Below, piece after piece: positions 25,219-38,275 of a stretch of DNA of 64,000 bases; position 1 is the first letter of the stretch; every line of letters starts with the position of its first letter. Origin of the DNA: Mytilus trossulus (taxonomy: Eukaryota); assembly GCF_036588685.1 (NCBI RefSeq), contig NC_086376.1:61256001-61320000 (forward strand), written 5' to 3'. A program made the translations under genes and the position numbers. The notes beneath the pieces are model-generated. The model had not been told where the DNA came from. It made no database searches and saw nothing but the letters and a program-made list of their open reading frames with translations.

Positions 25219-27687
25219 CACTGGTATTAAAGAGATAACCGTAACTGCAATTACGATTATCCAAATATGGCGACGGCAGATATAGGTGAATTTTTTGCAG
25301 TCATTTTTCTCAAATGTAGCATGTTTTTGTCACTAGTTACTCAGCTGCAAGTTTTTTCTATACCATTACATCATATTTGAATCGTAACGGTGCAATGGAA
25401 ATGTCTAAGCGCTTTGAAAAATTGCCGTTGAAAAATTCGGGATGATAATCGTAACTCTATGGATTTTTTCTTGTTTGATAATCGTAATTTCTTTCTCGGA
25501 TAATAGTAGTAACTGAAAAATATTAAATGTTACTTTCAGCATGTCAATGGTATTGTGTGTATTAAAATGCAAATGTACAGTTAATTGATGACATTAACGG
25601 AAAACAAAAATAAATGAAGAAACTTAGAGGTTAATATCTAAGACAAATTTACTTATATATCTCTCAATTTATTGGCGTTTTTTCTACAAAACCGTGATTT
25701 CTTGTCCCAGCCACTTTGCCAAAAATTGTGTTTGATCTTTGCAAGTATTTTTTTGTGCAGTCTGTACATGGAATTAGATTTAACATTTTTTAAGCAAAGA
25801 AACATACTATTTTTAGAGGCACTAATAAGCTATTGATTCCTGCAATGATTCAAAATAAACAAAATGGCATTTCCCTAGACGCCTTATTCAACATTCATCC
25901 TCAATTTTTGCAAGAGATATAGACATAAGGGTCTTACAAAAGAAATGATGTTTCCGTTTTAATAACGGCAGTTTAATTGTTGACAAAAAAGCACATCAAA
26001 TGGACCAGAGTGATACCGTATTTTTGTTAATGTCCACTTCGAAACGGTTAAAATCTCCATCAGTATCTGGTTTTAAAATTATAAAAAAAAATCAGTGTAC
26101 AGCTTAGTACGTATTTTGATGAATTTAATCATTCTTGATACTTTTGAAATATAGAGATTGTGGAGAGAGAAAAACCATGTAAATATGTCCACTACAAAAC
26201 GGTCACCTACGAAACAAGTATATGAGATTTTTATTTTTTCAATTCTATTCGTGCAAAACAAATAACAAGGGTTAGTTTCATGTAATTTTCAGTATGTTAT
26301 CAACATAGAATAGGGTTGATGTCAACTACGAAACTTTTTGTCCACTACGATCAAAACGGTTTTGTCCACACGACACTCATCAAAATGTCCACTACGTAAC
26401 ATAAGTTGTACGTTCATATTTTAAGTACCGTCTAATATGTATCGGTAAAAATGGTTCTCACATTCAGAAAAAGATGAGATCTTTCTAGATATAGGAAGAT
26501 GTGGTGTGAGTGCCAACCTTTAAATATATACATGTACCTATTCAAGATGGGTCAGACATTGTGGTAAGTAGATATTCTAATTGTTTTCAAAGTTTCAATG
26601 TTATGTGCGCGTTTAAGGTGGGGTTTTTTTTTGGAAAAAAAATGGAGGGGGATTAGCAATATCCCATATCCTAAAAGTGCAAAACTGTTGTTCTTAATTT
26701 CTCGTCAAACTGTCTCTGGCGAATACTAAACTTCTTTTCTACTTCATTATGGCATAAAGGGTATGGGCTGGAATTGAACCAGCAGTCGCTTCCCGGGGGA
26801 AGAAATAGCACATATATAGCCATCTTCATTAAATGATTTAAAACATTACTTTGTTTTTATTCGGAATAAATCAATGATCTTTAACAGTTTCGTTGCCAGC
26901 TGAAGGACGCCTCCGGATGCTGGAATTTCTCGCGACATTGAAGACCTGTTGGTGACATTCTGCTGTTGTTTTTTCTATGGTCGGGTTGTTGTCTCTTTGA
27001 TACATTCCCCATTTCCATTCTCAATTTTATGAATCACAAATCTGATGTAGGGTGACACATGCATTTCCCCTGACAAGTATTGCTATATATCATAACTTCC
27101 TTTAAAACTGCCTCTTCGCTCATTCCAATATTTTGTGACATTCCTAATTCTTGGGAGTTTTCTGTATTTTAACAAAGTATGTGTTTTTCCCATATCCAAA
27201 TTTCTTGAAGCTTGTTCACCCTTCCAGTTTTATGATATAATAGTATGTAGCTGTTTTCATTAGAACCATTAATAATTATATATATGCACAAAAAGATATG
27301 TCATAAGATGTTGAAACGTGATTAATTCATCACCATAATTTCTTCATGTGCTATCAGATATACGTTTTTAGTGTCAATATCAATAAAACACTATCCAGTT
27401 ACAATTATCTTCTCATTTTTTAATACCATAACTACGATTATCTTTTTTTTCGATTTTCGATTATCATTCCGAATTTTTCAACGGCAATTTTCAAAGCGCT
27501 TAGACAATTCCAGTACACCATTACGATTCAAATATGATGTAATGGTATAGAAAAACCTTGCAGCTGAGTAACTAGTGACAAAAACATGCTACATGAGAAA
27601 AATGACTGTAAATATTTTACCTATATCTGCCGTCGCCATATTGGGATAATCGTAATTGCAGTTACGGTTATCTCTTTAATACCAGTG
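25219..27687. mobile_element. Non-autonomous DNA transposon with ~230-bp TIRs and a 6-bp TSD
   Basis: AATATC|CACTGGTATTAAAGAGATAACCGTAACTGC ... GCAGTTACGGTTATCTCTTTAATACCAGTG|AATATC; no transposase ORF. Confidence 0.9.
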
Positions 27688-27960
27688 AATATCTGTGTTT
27701 ATGTAACTTTGGTTACAAAATTCCCGATTATTTACAAATATATTTCGTGCATTCAATATCTTTAATGGCTATATATACTGATCAAGGTGAACTAATTCGC
27801 AAGTATACATAATGTAGGGCTAATGAACATATCCAGTCAAAATGGAACTCATTTTGTATTCAATATATGTGACCTTAATGAAAATAACTGTAGTAAGACG
27901 TTTATCAAGCAGAGTTTAATTGAGACAGATTTGATACCAGGTCCTCTCCTTTTGATTCGA

Positions 27961-28004
27961 GCGTCACTGATGAGTCTTCTGTAGACGAAACGCCCGTCTG
28001 GCGT
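27961..28004 (+). ncRNA. Solo minimal type I hammerhead ribozyme
   Basis: gcgtca CTGATGA gtct-tctgt-agac GAAA c-gccc-GTC tggcgt; loop III is not palindromic. Confidence 0.85.
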
Positions 28005-28578
28005 AAATATAAAATTCTAATCCTGGCATCTATGATGAGTTTATTAGTTTATAATCTTATATATAATTTCACATATCTTTATCTTCTATATTTGGTTATT
28101 TGTATTATTGCGTTTCATTTCTGCTAATATGCCTTGTCTATATGCCCTTTTAAGCTTCTTTGTTACATGTTTGTTTTTATAGTGATTGAGAATATAACAC
28201 AATGTTGACTGCTGTAGCTCTATTTTTTTACATTTTTACATGTTTACCTATTATGTCTTATTTGTGTTTGTTTTGTTCACACATCGTTGTAAGGATAATG
28301 AAATTGATGCGACTGTCATACAAGTTCAAGTTTCAGGTAGCTATAAAACCAGGTTTAATCCAAAATTTTCTACAAAAAAAGTGCCTGTACCAAGTCAGGA
28401 ATATGACAGTTGTTATCCATTTGTTTGATGTGTTTAAGCTTGAGAACACAGGACTTGCATGAAAAAATCAAGTACAATACACTATTTAATATTCATTTTA
28501 TTATTTACAAACCATTACAAACAAAATAATCAAATTTGTAGAATACCTTCATGAATTCTGCAATGCCTCCATGGAAAG

Positions 28579-29502
28579 TTAATATGTTCCTTTTTTACCT
28601 GAAATGATAAAACAATGTTCACATAATAAGTTGATTACATTGAATTATTGAAGGAAGAGTTGTGAATTAAGCAAATTCTCTTTTGATTCAGAGAATAGGT
28701 ATTTTAATCAGGATTAATCATTTTCAAAATAGAATACAATGCACAAGGAAAAAGAGAATAAATCTTCACATCAAAAAACAATATGCCATTTTGTAATGAC
28801 ACTCGCTTTCAAATAACAATTTTTCAATTGTTGTTATATTATATTTATAAAATTTCGATTTTATTCTATTTAGCGATCTTATATTACTTAACTCAAAATT
28901 TGCCAAAACTGCCAAACCCACTGTGACTGTTTCTTCCATTTATGAGTCCACCATTGACGCTAATACCAAAACCATTCAAACCACCTATACCATATGATCT
29001 AAGACCAATCAAACCACCATATGATCCAAAACCATTCAAACTAACAATACCGCCAATACCATAAGATCCCAGATTATTAACACCGTATGCCCCATTAATG
29101 CCATATGTTCCATGCATATTTCTTCCAAGTCCTTTGCCGTATCCATAACCCATGAAAGGTCTGATTCCTTTACTGTATACTGTATTCTCCTTCCGTTCAT
29201 GAACCCGTATCCAGGATATCCACTTTGTACACTATATCCATTGTATCCAGAATAACCACCAATGTTTAACGGTGAACCGTAACCATACGCGTTGTTGGCA
29301 AATCCTCCATATCCATAACCAAATCTACCATAAGACGGATATCCGAAGCCACCATTTCCTTGAAATCCAATACTTCCAATATTACCTGGTCCGAATGGGT
29401 TTCCATATGTTTTCAGGTTATATTTGGGACTATATCCTTTGTCTCCAGCCTCGGATGCCACGAGTCCGAAAGGGCTAAACCGATCAATAATATCGGTGTC
29501 AT
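28579..29502 (-). pseudogene. Gly-rich secreted protein copy 2, pseudogene
   Basis: Close to copy 1 but has a 1-nt deletion in the signal peptide (about 29468), a net 28-nt loss at 29161-29188, AGA>TGA at 28893-28895 and donor GT>TT at 28891. Terminal exon is 28579-28598. Confidence 0.88.
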
Positions 29503-29798
29503 GTTTAGTGGTTCTGTAACGATATTCATTTATAATTAACTAATAATAATTTATGTGAAAATTCAAAACATTGACTAATCAGAACGACAGAAAATATAAA
29601 GAAAAAAAATAATTGAAAAGATTTAAGACGTAAGTGAAATGAAATGTAAGTTGACTATATATTTAAAAAGGCCAAACTTATCCTGGCGTTTTAAGTTCAT
29701 GAAATTTATTTAAAAAGAAAGTCATGCTAAATACACCTGAAAAACATAATTTTTAAAACAAACACAAAACATACATTTTAAGTATAGCAACTGCTTAC

Positions 29799-30105
29799 CT
29801 TTGTGTCCTTCAATGATGGTGTGTTTCTTGTGATACTTTGTGATCGTTGTCCTGTATATACCATAAACACTGACCAAACATGTCGTAATAATCTGTTATA
29901 GAATAGACATTTGACAATGATTAACATGTGTAAAAGTGGGTCTTTTTAAACAGGGTTAACCACAATAATAGAAAATGTTGTCATCAGTTATGTGTTGCTT
30001 TGTTTTACCCGCTGTAATTATCATCGTGGTTTGTGGACTTTCACCTATCAATGATATTAAATTTAAACTAAATGTGTTATTTAGTTTAAAGGAAAATCCT
30101 CATTT
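29799..30105 (-). promoter_or_regulatory. Non-coding exon 1 (donor at 29799) and promoter of copy 2
   Basis: Homologous to 11450-11730; TATATA at 29855-29860. Confidence 0.7.
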
Positions 30106-31089
30106 TATTGAGGTATTCGTATACAGCAGCTTTGTATATTTCTAATTGTTTGTGTCGTATATTGTTACCTTTCATTATTGTCTTTTAATACCGTATTTAA
30201 CATCTATCTATTCAAACTTCAAACATGTTAATCACCTTTATCTAATATATTAGGCAACTAGCCAGAATGAAATGAAGTAAGCGATGTCGATTAGCCCTCA
30301 CATTTTGATGCTTTGTTTATATTCTTTCATTAAAAAAGTATACAATTTGGTTGTTATACTACATGCATTGTTAACCATTAAAAGATATGAAATGCAGTTA
30401 GCTATGCAGAACATCGAATGTCAAATATATGCGTCCATACCATAGACAATTGCCTTGTCGGCTCACTTGGTCTAGCTCTATTTGTGGATTTTATGGCATT
30501 TTCTCAGTTTGTCATTTGTTTTTAATCTATATAAAAGACAATAACAATCAAAATCAAGGAGTAAACAAAGACTCACAAAACCAAAAGACATTTGTTTTTT
30601 AACCCTGTATGCTAACATTGCCTGTTTTAAAATTTTAAAATTGTTTGTATGCACATTGAACGACAAATTTATGTGACGTGTTAAAGTTTCTGACGTCAGA
30701 CACTCAAATCAATGAATGTGTTCGTAGATAATAGTTGTTTTTGTGTTCTGTTAAATTGTTCCTTTTCAAATTGTTATACGATGAGGACTGATGTACCCAT
30801 ATTTTGACTATTTTATTTATTGTGTCTGTTTATTTAACGTATCATTGTAAATATAATGAAATTTGATGAGACTGTCTTTAAAGAGAGAGGGTTAGCGCTA
30901 TAGAACCAGGTTTCATCCACCATTTTCTACTTTTGAAAATGCCTGTACCAAGTCAAGAACATGACAGTTCTTCTCATTCGCTTTTGATGCGTTTTGTTAT
31001 TTGATTTTGCCATGTGATTATGGACTTCCCGAATTGATTTTCCTCTAAGTTAAGTATTTTTGTGATTTTACTTTTTACATCAACAGTTA

Positions 31090-31510
31090 TAAATAATAAA
31101 TTAGAAACAACACGAACTCCACTAAAAACCGGGAGTAAAATCAGGTGCTCCGGAAGGGTATGCATTTCCCGCACCGTATATGGCACCCGTCGTGTTATTT
31201 CTTTGGTCAGTTCGGTAATGATGGAATGTTTTTATGACTGAGGAAGAATATCATATATGATTTCTGACGCACTTTTGTCATGATGACCAATCAGCTCAAA
31301 AACCGTAATCTTGAGTGATGACCTTACTTTGATTGATTCATAGCCCTGTCTTAGCAACTTTCGAGAAAGCAGAAGTCATCACGCATATTATGCTATCTCT
31401 AAAGTAACGTACCAATTGAGACACATATACTCAAGATGATGATGCAGCTGGGATGTTGCTTTACAGAAATGGAAAGTTGACTATAGGAAAATTAAAATCA
31501 TCGCGTTTGT
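31090..31510 (-). mobile_element. Old Penelope-like 3' fragment
   Basis: tcaggtgctccggaagggta, gatgttgct...agaaatggaaagtt and cacccgtcgtgtt match the reverse complement of 37230-37690. Confidence 0.75.
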
Positions 31511-34500
31511 ATAGTTCCATGTCATTAAATTGACCAAAAACATATTTTAAGATTTGATTTAAATAAATTTTTACTGTAACTTTGAAACACATATCTTTTT
31601 TTAAAAGGTTATTAAGGATTGTTATGAAAGTTCATGATATTAAATTTTTGTTTTAACACAAAAAGGTGTTTATTTGGTTTAAGCTGATTTGAAAAAAATG
31701 TAATCTTAAAAAAGACACCATTTTGTGTTGTTAAAACAAAAATTTAATATGAGGAAAGATATATTTCTAATATCGTAGCTTTTTGACCTAGATTAATTAA
31801 ATTCTTAAATTTGACAGAAGTACACAAAACTAAATAACAACCTATGATTCAGTAAGATCAATATATTGCGAAGATAGTTGTAGAGTTTGATGAAAATCTA
31901 AGTTGAATTGAAAAAAATAAAATGACCTGGGATTCAGTAAGCTTAATGTATATCTAAGATAGCTACATAGTTTGATGAAAATCCAAGTTGATTTGAAAAA
32001 GTTATTAAATAAATTAAAGTGTACTATCTCTATTTTATCTGAACTGTAAATCCTAGCTTTTTTTTTTAACAAGATAACTTAAATTCTTAAATTTTACAAC
32101 AATACAACAAATAACTAATTGACCTGGGATTCAGTAAGCTTAATATATATCTAAGATAGCTGCATAGTTTGATGAACATCCAAGTTGATTTGAAAAAGTT
32201 ATTGAAAAAACTAAAGTGTAGTATCTCTATTTTGTCCGAACTGCAAATCCTAGCTTTTTTTTACCAAGATTACTTAAATTCTTAAATATTACAACAAATA
32301 ACTAATTGACATGGGATTCAGTAAGCTTAATATATTTGTAAGATAGCTGCATAGTTTTATGAACATCCAAGTTGATTTGAAAAAGTTATTAAAAAAATTA
32401 AAGTGTACTATCTCTATTTTGTCCGAACTGCAAATTCTAGCTTTTTTGACCTAGATTAATTTTATTCTTGAATTTGACAGCAATACAACAAAAAATAAAA
32501 TGACCTGGGATTCAGTAAGCTTAATATATATCTAAGATAGCTACATAGTTTGATGAAAATCCAAGTTGATTTGAAAAAGTTATTAAAAAAAATAAAGTGT
32601 ACTATCTCTATTTTGTCCAAATTGCAAATTCTATCTTTTTTGACCTAGATTAATTTAATTCTTGAATTTGACAGCATGTCAACAAAAAATAAAATGACCT
32701 GGGATTCAGTAAGCTTAAAAAATTAAAGATGCCCATCTGAATTTATATAATAATTTTTACCTATTGTAAAATTAAATTCTTTCATTTCACAGCAATAAAA
32801 AAAAAACTACCTAATAAGCTTGAATATTGAAAGATCATTACTTAATTAAGTAAGATTGGCGGATTTACACCAGTCTAAACTAAATTTGAAGGTCAAGACT
32901 TGTCGAGACAGGTCGAGACTGGTTGAGACTGAGTCGAGACTAGTCGAGACAGGTCGAGACTAGTCGAGACAGGTCGAGACTAGTCGAGACAGGTCGAGAC
33001 TATCCAAGACAGGTCGAAACAGGTCGAGCCTTGGCCAAGACTATTTCAGACTACACAAAGATCATCAAGTACTGAATCAGACTAATTAAGTAAAGTCGAG
33101 ACCTAGTCGAGTACACTTAAGTACAGTTAAGTACAGTCGAGACAATGTCGAGACTAGTCGAGTAAAATGTGTGCTCGATTTTACTGGTCGAGCACAAAAA
33201 CTGGTCAATTCAGACTCTGAGCAGTTTATAGTGTAAGTTTTTGGATGTCTATGAATTAGATAGCACCACAAACTTATTCTCGGCGAATATGAATATTCAT
33301 CAAATGGTTTCTTGTGATGGGAAATACACTGAAATGCAGTCAACTTTCGCGTTTGATAGTTTAATAATTACATAAGATGTATGTTTCATTATAATACCTT
33401 ATTCTGAATGGCTAAATGCACATCACATGTTAATCCGTAAGCAATTGCATCAGACAATAAAACTTATCATTCATAATGACACGAGGTCCTACAAAAAAGT
33501 GCACAGGTGAATTAAATAAAACTCTATAAAAACCGTGTTTTCATGATCCTAGCTAAAAAAAAATCAAATTATAAGTAATGATTGCTTCTTTTTGTAACTT
33601 TATAGGGTTGTAAAAGCGTTGACCGTGCGTACATTTTTAGAATGAGGCGCCTCCGCGCTTCATACAAAATGTACTTCGGTCAACGGTTTTACAGCTAATA
33701 AATTTATAAAAAGAAGCATTCAATTCTTAATTGTTAACATTCTGGCGTATTACAAACAAACAACTTGTTACGTCTCATTTCATTGGTCGAAAGATTTAAA
33801 TACAACAACAATGTAGTCAGTGTGCACGCAAATTGACACAGGTGACCGACAATGGAATTTACTATGTTACTACGAACGTAAAACACTGATTTGTATAGTT
33901 TATAAACCTTTGTTCAAAAGAATTAGATAAATGTTTTGTTAACTTCAAATAGTAGGGTCGAAATATTATACTGATATTTTGTTTTAAGTAATATTCTAAG
34001 TTCTTTATGCATGCAGCAATTCAATTGTCTTTTAACCGGCATGATGAGAAATATAAGGATAAAATAAAATACATGTGGCGCTTTTATACGGATGAATATA
34101 TGAACCACTTTCAATTTCTTTCATACTGACGATAGGTTATAATCCTAACAATTTCGTAGTCACTTATAATAAGTATCTCACAATACTGATCCTTTACAAT
34201 AATTAATGAGGGGTTGCACTGACATTCCTCTTTTATTTTTTTCATGCTATAAAACATACACACAGTAGCTATAAGCGTACCATATACGGGGGAAATTGTC
34301 CCCCAAAGATAGAAACAAAATAACTTACATCGTATCATTTCTGCACCTGAATGAATTCAGTGAACGAAGGCATGTTGTTGTAATAAATTGAAATGTTATA
34401 TCGGCGAAGATTATTTCTTTTGCATGTTTGGAACTAATTACTAAATCAATCTTTGTGAAAAATGTCGTAGTTTATAAGGAACAATTCTCGTTTGAATTGT

Positions 34501-37500
34501 CATACATTATTTCGGGACCATTTATAACTGACTATGCAGTATGGGCTTTACTCATTATTGAAAGCCGTACGGTGGCCTATAGTTAATTTCTAACTGACCT
34601 GTTAAGTTAGAACTGTGTCATGTTGGTCTCTTGTGGAGAGTTGTCTCATTGGCAATCATACCACATCTTCATTTTTAAATATAAATGTGCTGTTTTCGAT
34701 TTTAAATGGTTAACATTTATCTTTTAATTTTAAAGCAGATAAAAAAAAATGAAACTCAGCAACAAATAAAAGCATAAGCTAGAGTACAGTGATTAACATT
34801 TATCTTTGTCGGTCATCTGTGTCAATTTACGTGCACACTGACTACATTGTTGTTGTATTTAAATCTTTCGACCACTGAAATGAGACGTAACAAGTTGTTT
34901 GTTTGTAATACGCCAGAATGTTATCAATTAAGAATTGAATGCTTCTTTTTGTAAATTTATTGGGGTGTAAAACCGTTGACCGAAGTACATTTTGTATGAA
35001 GCGCGGAAGCGCTTCATTCTAAAAATGTACGCACGGTCAACGCTTTTACAACCCTATAAAGTTACAAAAAGAAGCAATCAATACTTATAATTTCATTTTT
35101 TTAGCTAGGATCATTAAAACACGGTTTTTATAGAGTTTTATTTAATTCACCTGTGCACTTTTTTGTAGGACCTCGTGTCATTATGAATGATAAGTTTTAT
35201 TGTCTGATGCAATTGCTTACGGAATAACATGTGATGTGCATTTAGCCAATCAGAATAACGTATTATAATGAAACATACATCTAATGTAATAATTGAACTA
35301 TCAAACGCGAAAGTTGACTGCATTTCAGTGAATTTCCCATCACAAGAAACCATTTGATGAATATTCATATTCGCCGAGAATAGGTTTGTTGTGATATCTA
35401 ATTCATAGACATCCAAAAACTTACACTATAAACTGCTCAGAGTCTGAATTGACCAGTTTTTGTGCTCGACCAGTAAAATCGAGCACACATTTTACTCGAC
35501 TAGTCTCGACATTGTCTCGACTGTACTTAACTGTACTTAAGTGTACTCGACTAGGTCTCGACTTTACTTACTTAGTCTGATTCAGTACTTGATGATCTTT
35601 GTGTAGTCTGAAATAGTCTTGGCCAAGGCTCGACCTGTTTCGACCTGTCTTGACTTGTCTCGACCTGTCTCGACTAGTCTCGACTCAGTATCAACCAGTC
35701 TCGACCTGCCTCGACAAGTCTTGACCTTCAAATTTAGTTTAGACTGGTGTAAATCCGCCAATCTTTCTAAATTAAATATTGATCTTACAATAATCAAGCT
35801 TATTAGGTAGTTTTTTTATTGCTGTGAAATGAAAGAATTTAATTTTACAAAAGGTGAAAATTATTATATAAATTCAGATGGGCATCTTTAATTTTTTAAG
35901 CTTACTGAATCCCAGGTCATTTTATTTTTTGTTGAAATGCTGTCAAATTCAAGAATTAAATTAATCTAGGTCAAAAAAGATAGAATTTGCAATTTGGACA
36001 AAATAGAGATAGTACACTTTATTTTTTTCAATAACTTTTTCAAATCAACTTGGATTTTCATCAAACTATGTAGCTATCTTAGATATATATTAAGTTTACT
36101 GAATCCCAGGTCATTTTATTTTTTGTTGTATTGCTGTCAAATTCAAGAATAAAATTAATCTAAGTCAAAAAAGCTAGAATTTGCAGTTCGGACAAAATAG
36201 AGATAGTACACTTTAATTTTTTTAATAACTTTTTCAAATCAACTTGGATGTTCATCAAACTATGCAGCTATCTTAGATAGATATTAAGCTTACTGAATCC
36301 CATATCAATTAGTTATTTGATGTAGTGTTGTAAAATTTAAGAATTTAAGTTATCTTGTTAAAAAAAAAGCTAGGATTTGCAATGTGTACAAAATAGAGAT
36401 AGTACACTTTAATTAATTTTTAATAACTTTTTAAAATCAACTTGGATTTTCATCAAACTATGTAGCTATCTTAAAACCCCTTTCTAAATTATTAACATCC
36501 ATTTTATCAGCAATCAAAAACGAGCTTCAAAGTTATTGTGAAACTGCCTTTTCTAGAGGTGGCGTGAATCATATGTGGATACTTAAAAATTCCAAAGATC
36601 TTTTAGAGTACATACAATCTAACTCTCTTTCATCTTGTAACAGTATTAAAACATTTGACTTTTCTAATCTTTACACAAGTATTCCACATTCCAAACTAAA
36701 AGACAAATTAAAAGAGTTGGTATTACTTTGCTTCATAAAAAAGAATGACCAACGTAGATACAAGTATCTCGTCTTAGGGAGGGATAAGTCCAACTTTGTA
36801 AAGAATCACTCTGATTCAAACAAAGAATTCTCTGAAACCGATATTATCAAGATGCTTGATTTCTTGATTGACAACATATTTGTTACGTTCGGAGGACGTG
36901 TTTTTCAACAGACTGTCGGCATCCCAATGGGAACAAACTGTGCCCCTCTATTTGCTGACTTGTTTCTTTATTATTATGAGGCTGACTTCATGCAGGAACT
37001 TCTTAGGAAGAAAGATAAGAAGTTAGCAATATCCTTTAACTCTACTTTCCGCTATATAGATGACGTTCTTTCACTAAACAATTTAAAATTTGGTGACTAT
37101 GTGGATCGCATCTATCCCATAGAATTGGAGATAACGGATACTACAGATACAGTTAAGTCGGCTTCATATCTTGACTTACATCTAGAAATTGACAATGAGG
37201 GTCGGTTGAAGACAAAACTTTACGACAAAAGAGATGATTTAAGCTTTCCAATTGTGAACTTTCCATTTCTAAGTAGCAACATTCCAGCAGCACCTGCATA
37301 CGGAGTATATATCTCCCAATTTATACGATATTCCCGTGCTTGCATTTCCTATCATGATTTTCTTGATAGAGGGTTACTGCTCACAAGGAAGCTTTTAAAC
37401 CAAGTTTCCAAATGGTGAAGTTGAAATCATCCCTTCGTAAATTTTACGGACGCCATCACGAGTTGGTTGACCGTTATGGAATAACCGTTTCACAAATGAT

Positions 37501-38275
37501 ATCGGATATGTTCCTTACGTCGTAACTACAATCCCCTTCCCTTTCATGAATTTGACTTACCGAATTAGACTATTTACCGGATTTGTAATCACATAAGCAA
37601 CACGACGGGTGTCGCATGTGGAGCAGGATCTGCTTACCCTTCCGGAGCACCTGAGATCACCCCTAGTTTTTGGTGGGGTTCGTGTTGTTTATTCTTTAGT
37701 TTTCTATGCTGTGTCATGTGTACTATTGTTTTTTCTGTTTGTCTTTTTCATTTTTAGCCATGGCGTTGTCAGTTTGTTTTAGATTTATGAGTTTGACTGT
37801 CCCTTTGGTATCTTTCGTCCCTCTTTTAGATATACATTGAGCTTACTAAATCCCAGGTCATTTTATTTTTTCAATTCAACTTAGATTTTCATCAAACTCT
37901 ACAACTATCTTCGCAATATATTGATCTTACTGAATCATAGGTTGTTATTTAGTTTTGTGTACTTCTGTCAAATTTAAGAATTTAATTAATCTAGGTCAAA
38001 AAGCTACGATATTAGAAATATATCTTTCCTCATATTAAATTTTAGTTTTTATAACACAAAATGGTGTCTTTTTTAAGATTACATTTTTTTCAAATCAGCT
38101 TGAACCAAATAAACACCTTTTTGTGTTAAAACAAAAATTTAATATCATGAACTTTCATAACAATCCTTAATAACCTTTTAAAAAAAAGATATGTGTTTCA
38201 AAGTTACAGTAAAAATTTATTTAAATCAAATCTTAAAATATGTTTTTGGTCAATTTAATGACACGGAACTATACA
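31508..38275. mobile_element. 6.8-kb foldback-type inverted repeat: left arm 31508-33852, spacer about 950 bp, right arm 34806-38275
   Basis: The arms are reverse complements end to end (tgtatagttcc.tgtcattaaattgacc / ggtcaatttaatgaca.ggaactataca). They contain ~193-bp tandem units, a 10-bp gtcgagac(ta/ag) array and a nested hairpin. Confidence 0.9.
36474..37825 (+). mobile_element. 5'-truncated Penelope-like retroelement with RT ORF (open 36474-37418; frameshifted tail to 37525), inserted in the right foldback arm
   Basis: RT motifs FDFSNLYTSIP, GIPMGTNCAP, FRYIDD and SYLDL. It interrupts a tandem unit at gctatcTTA|...|TTAgatatac. Confidence 0.92.

Noticed and set aside
32900-33030. ORFs 33086..33343, 35582..35797 and 35619..35810 over the gtcgagac array
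   Set aside because: Low-complexity translations of the foldback arm repeats.
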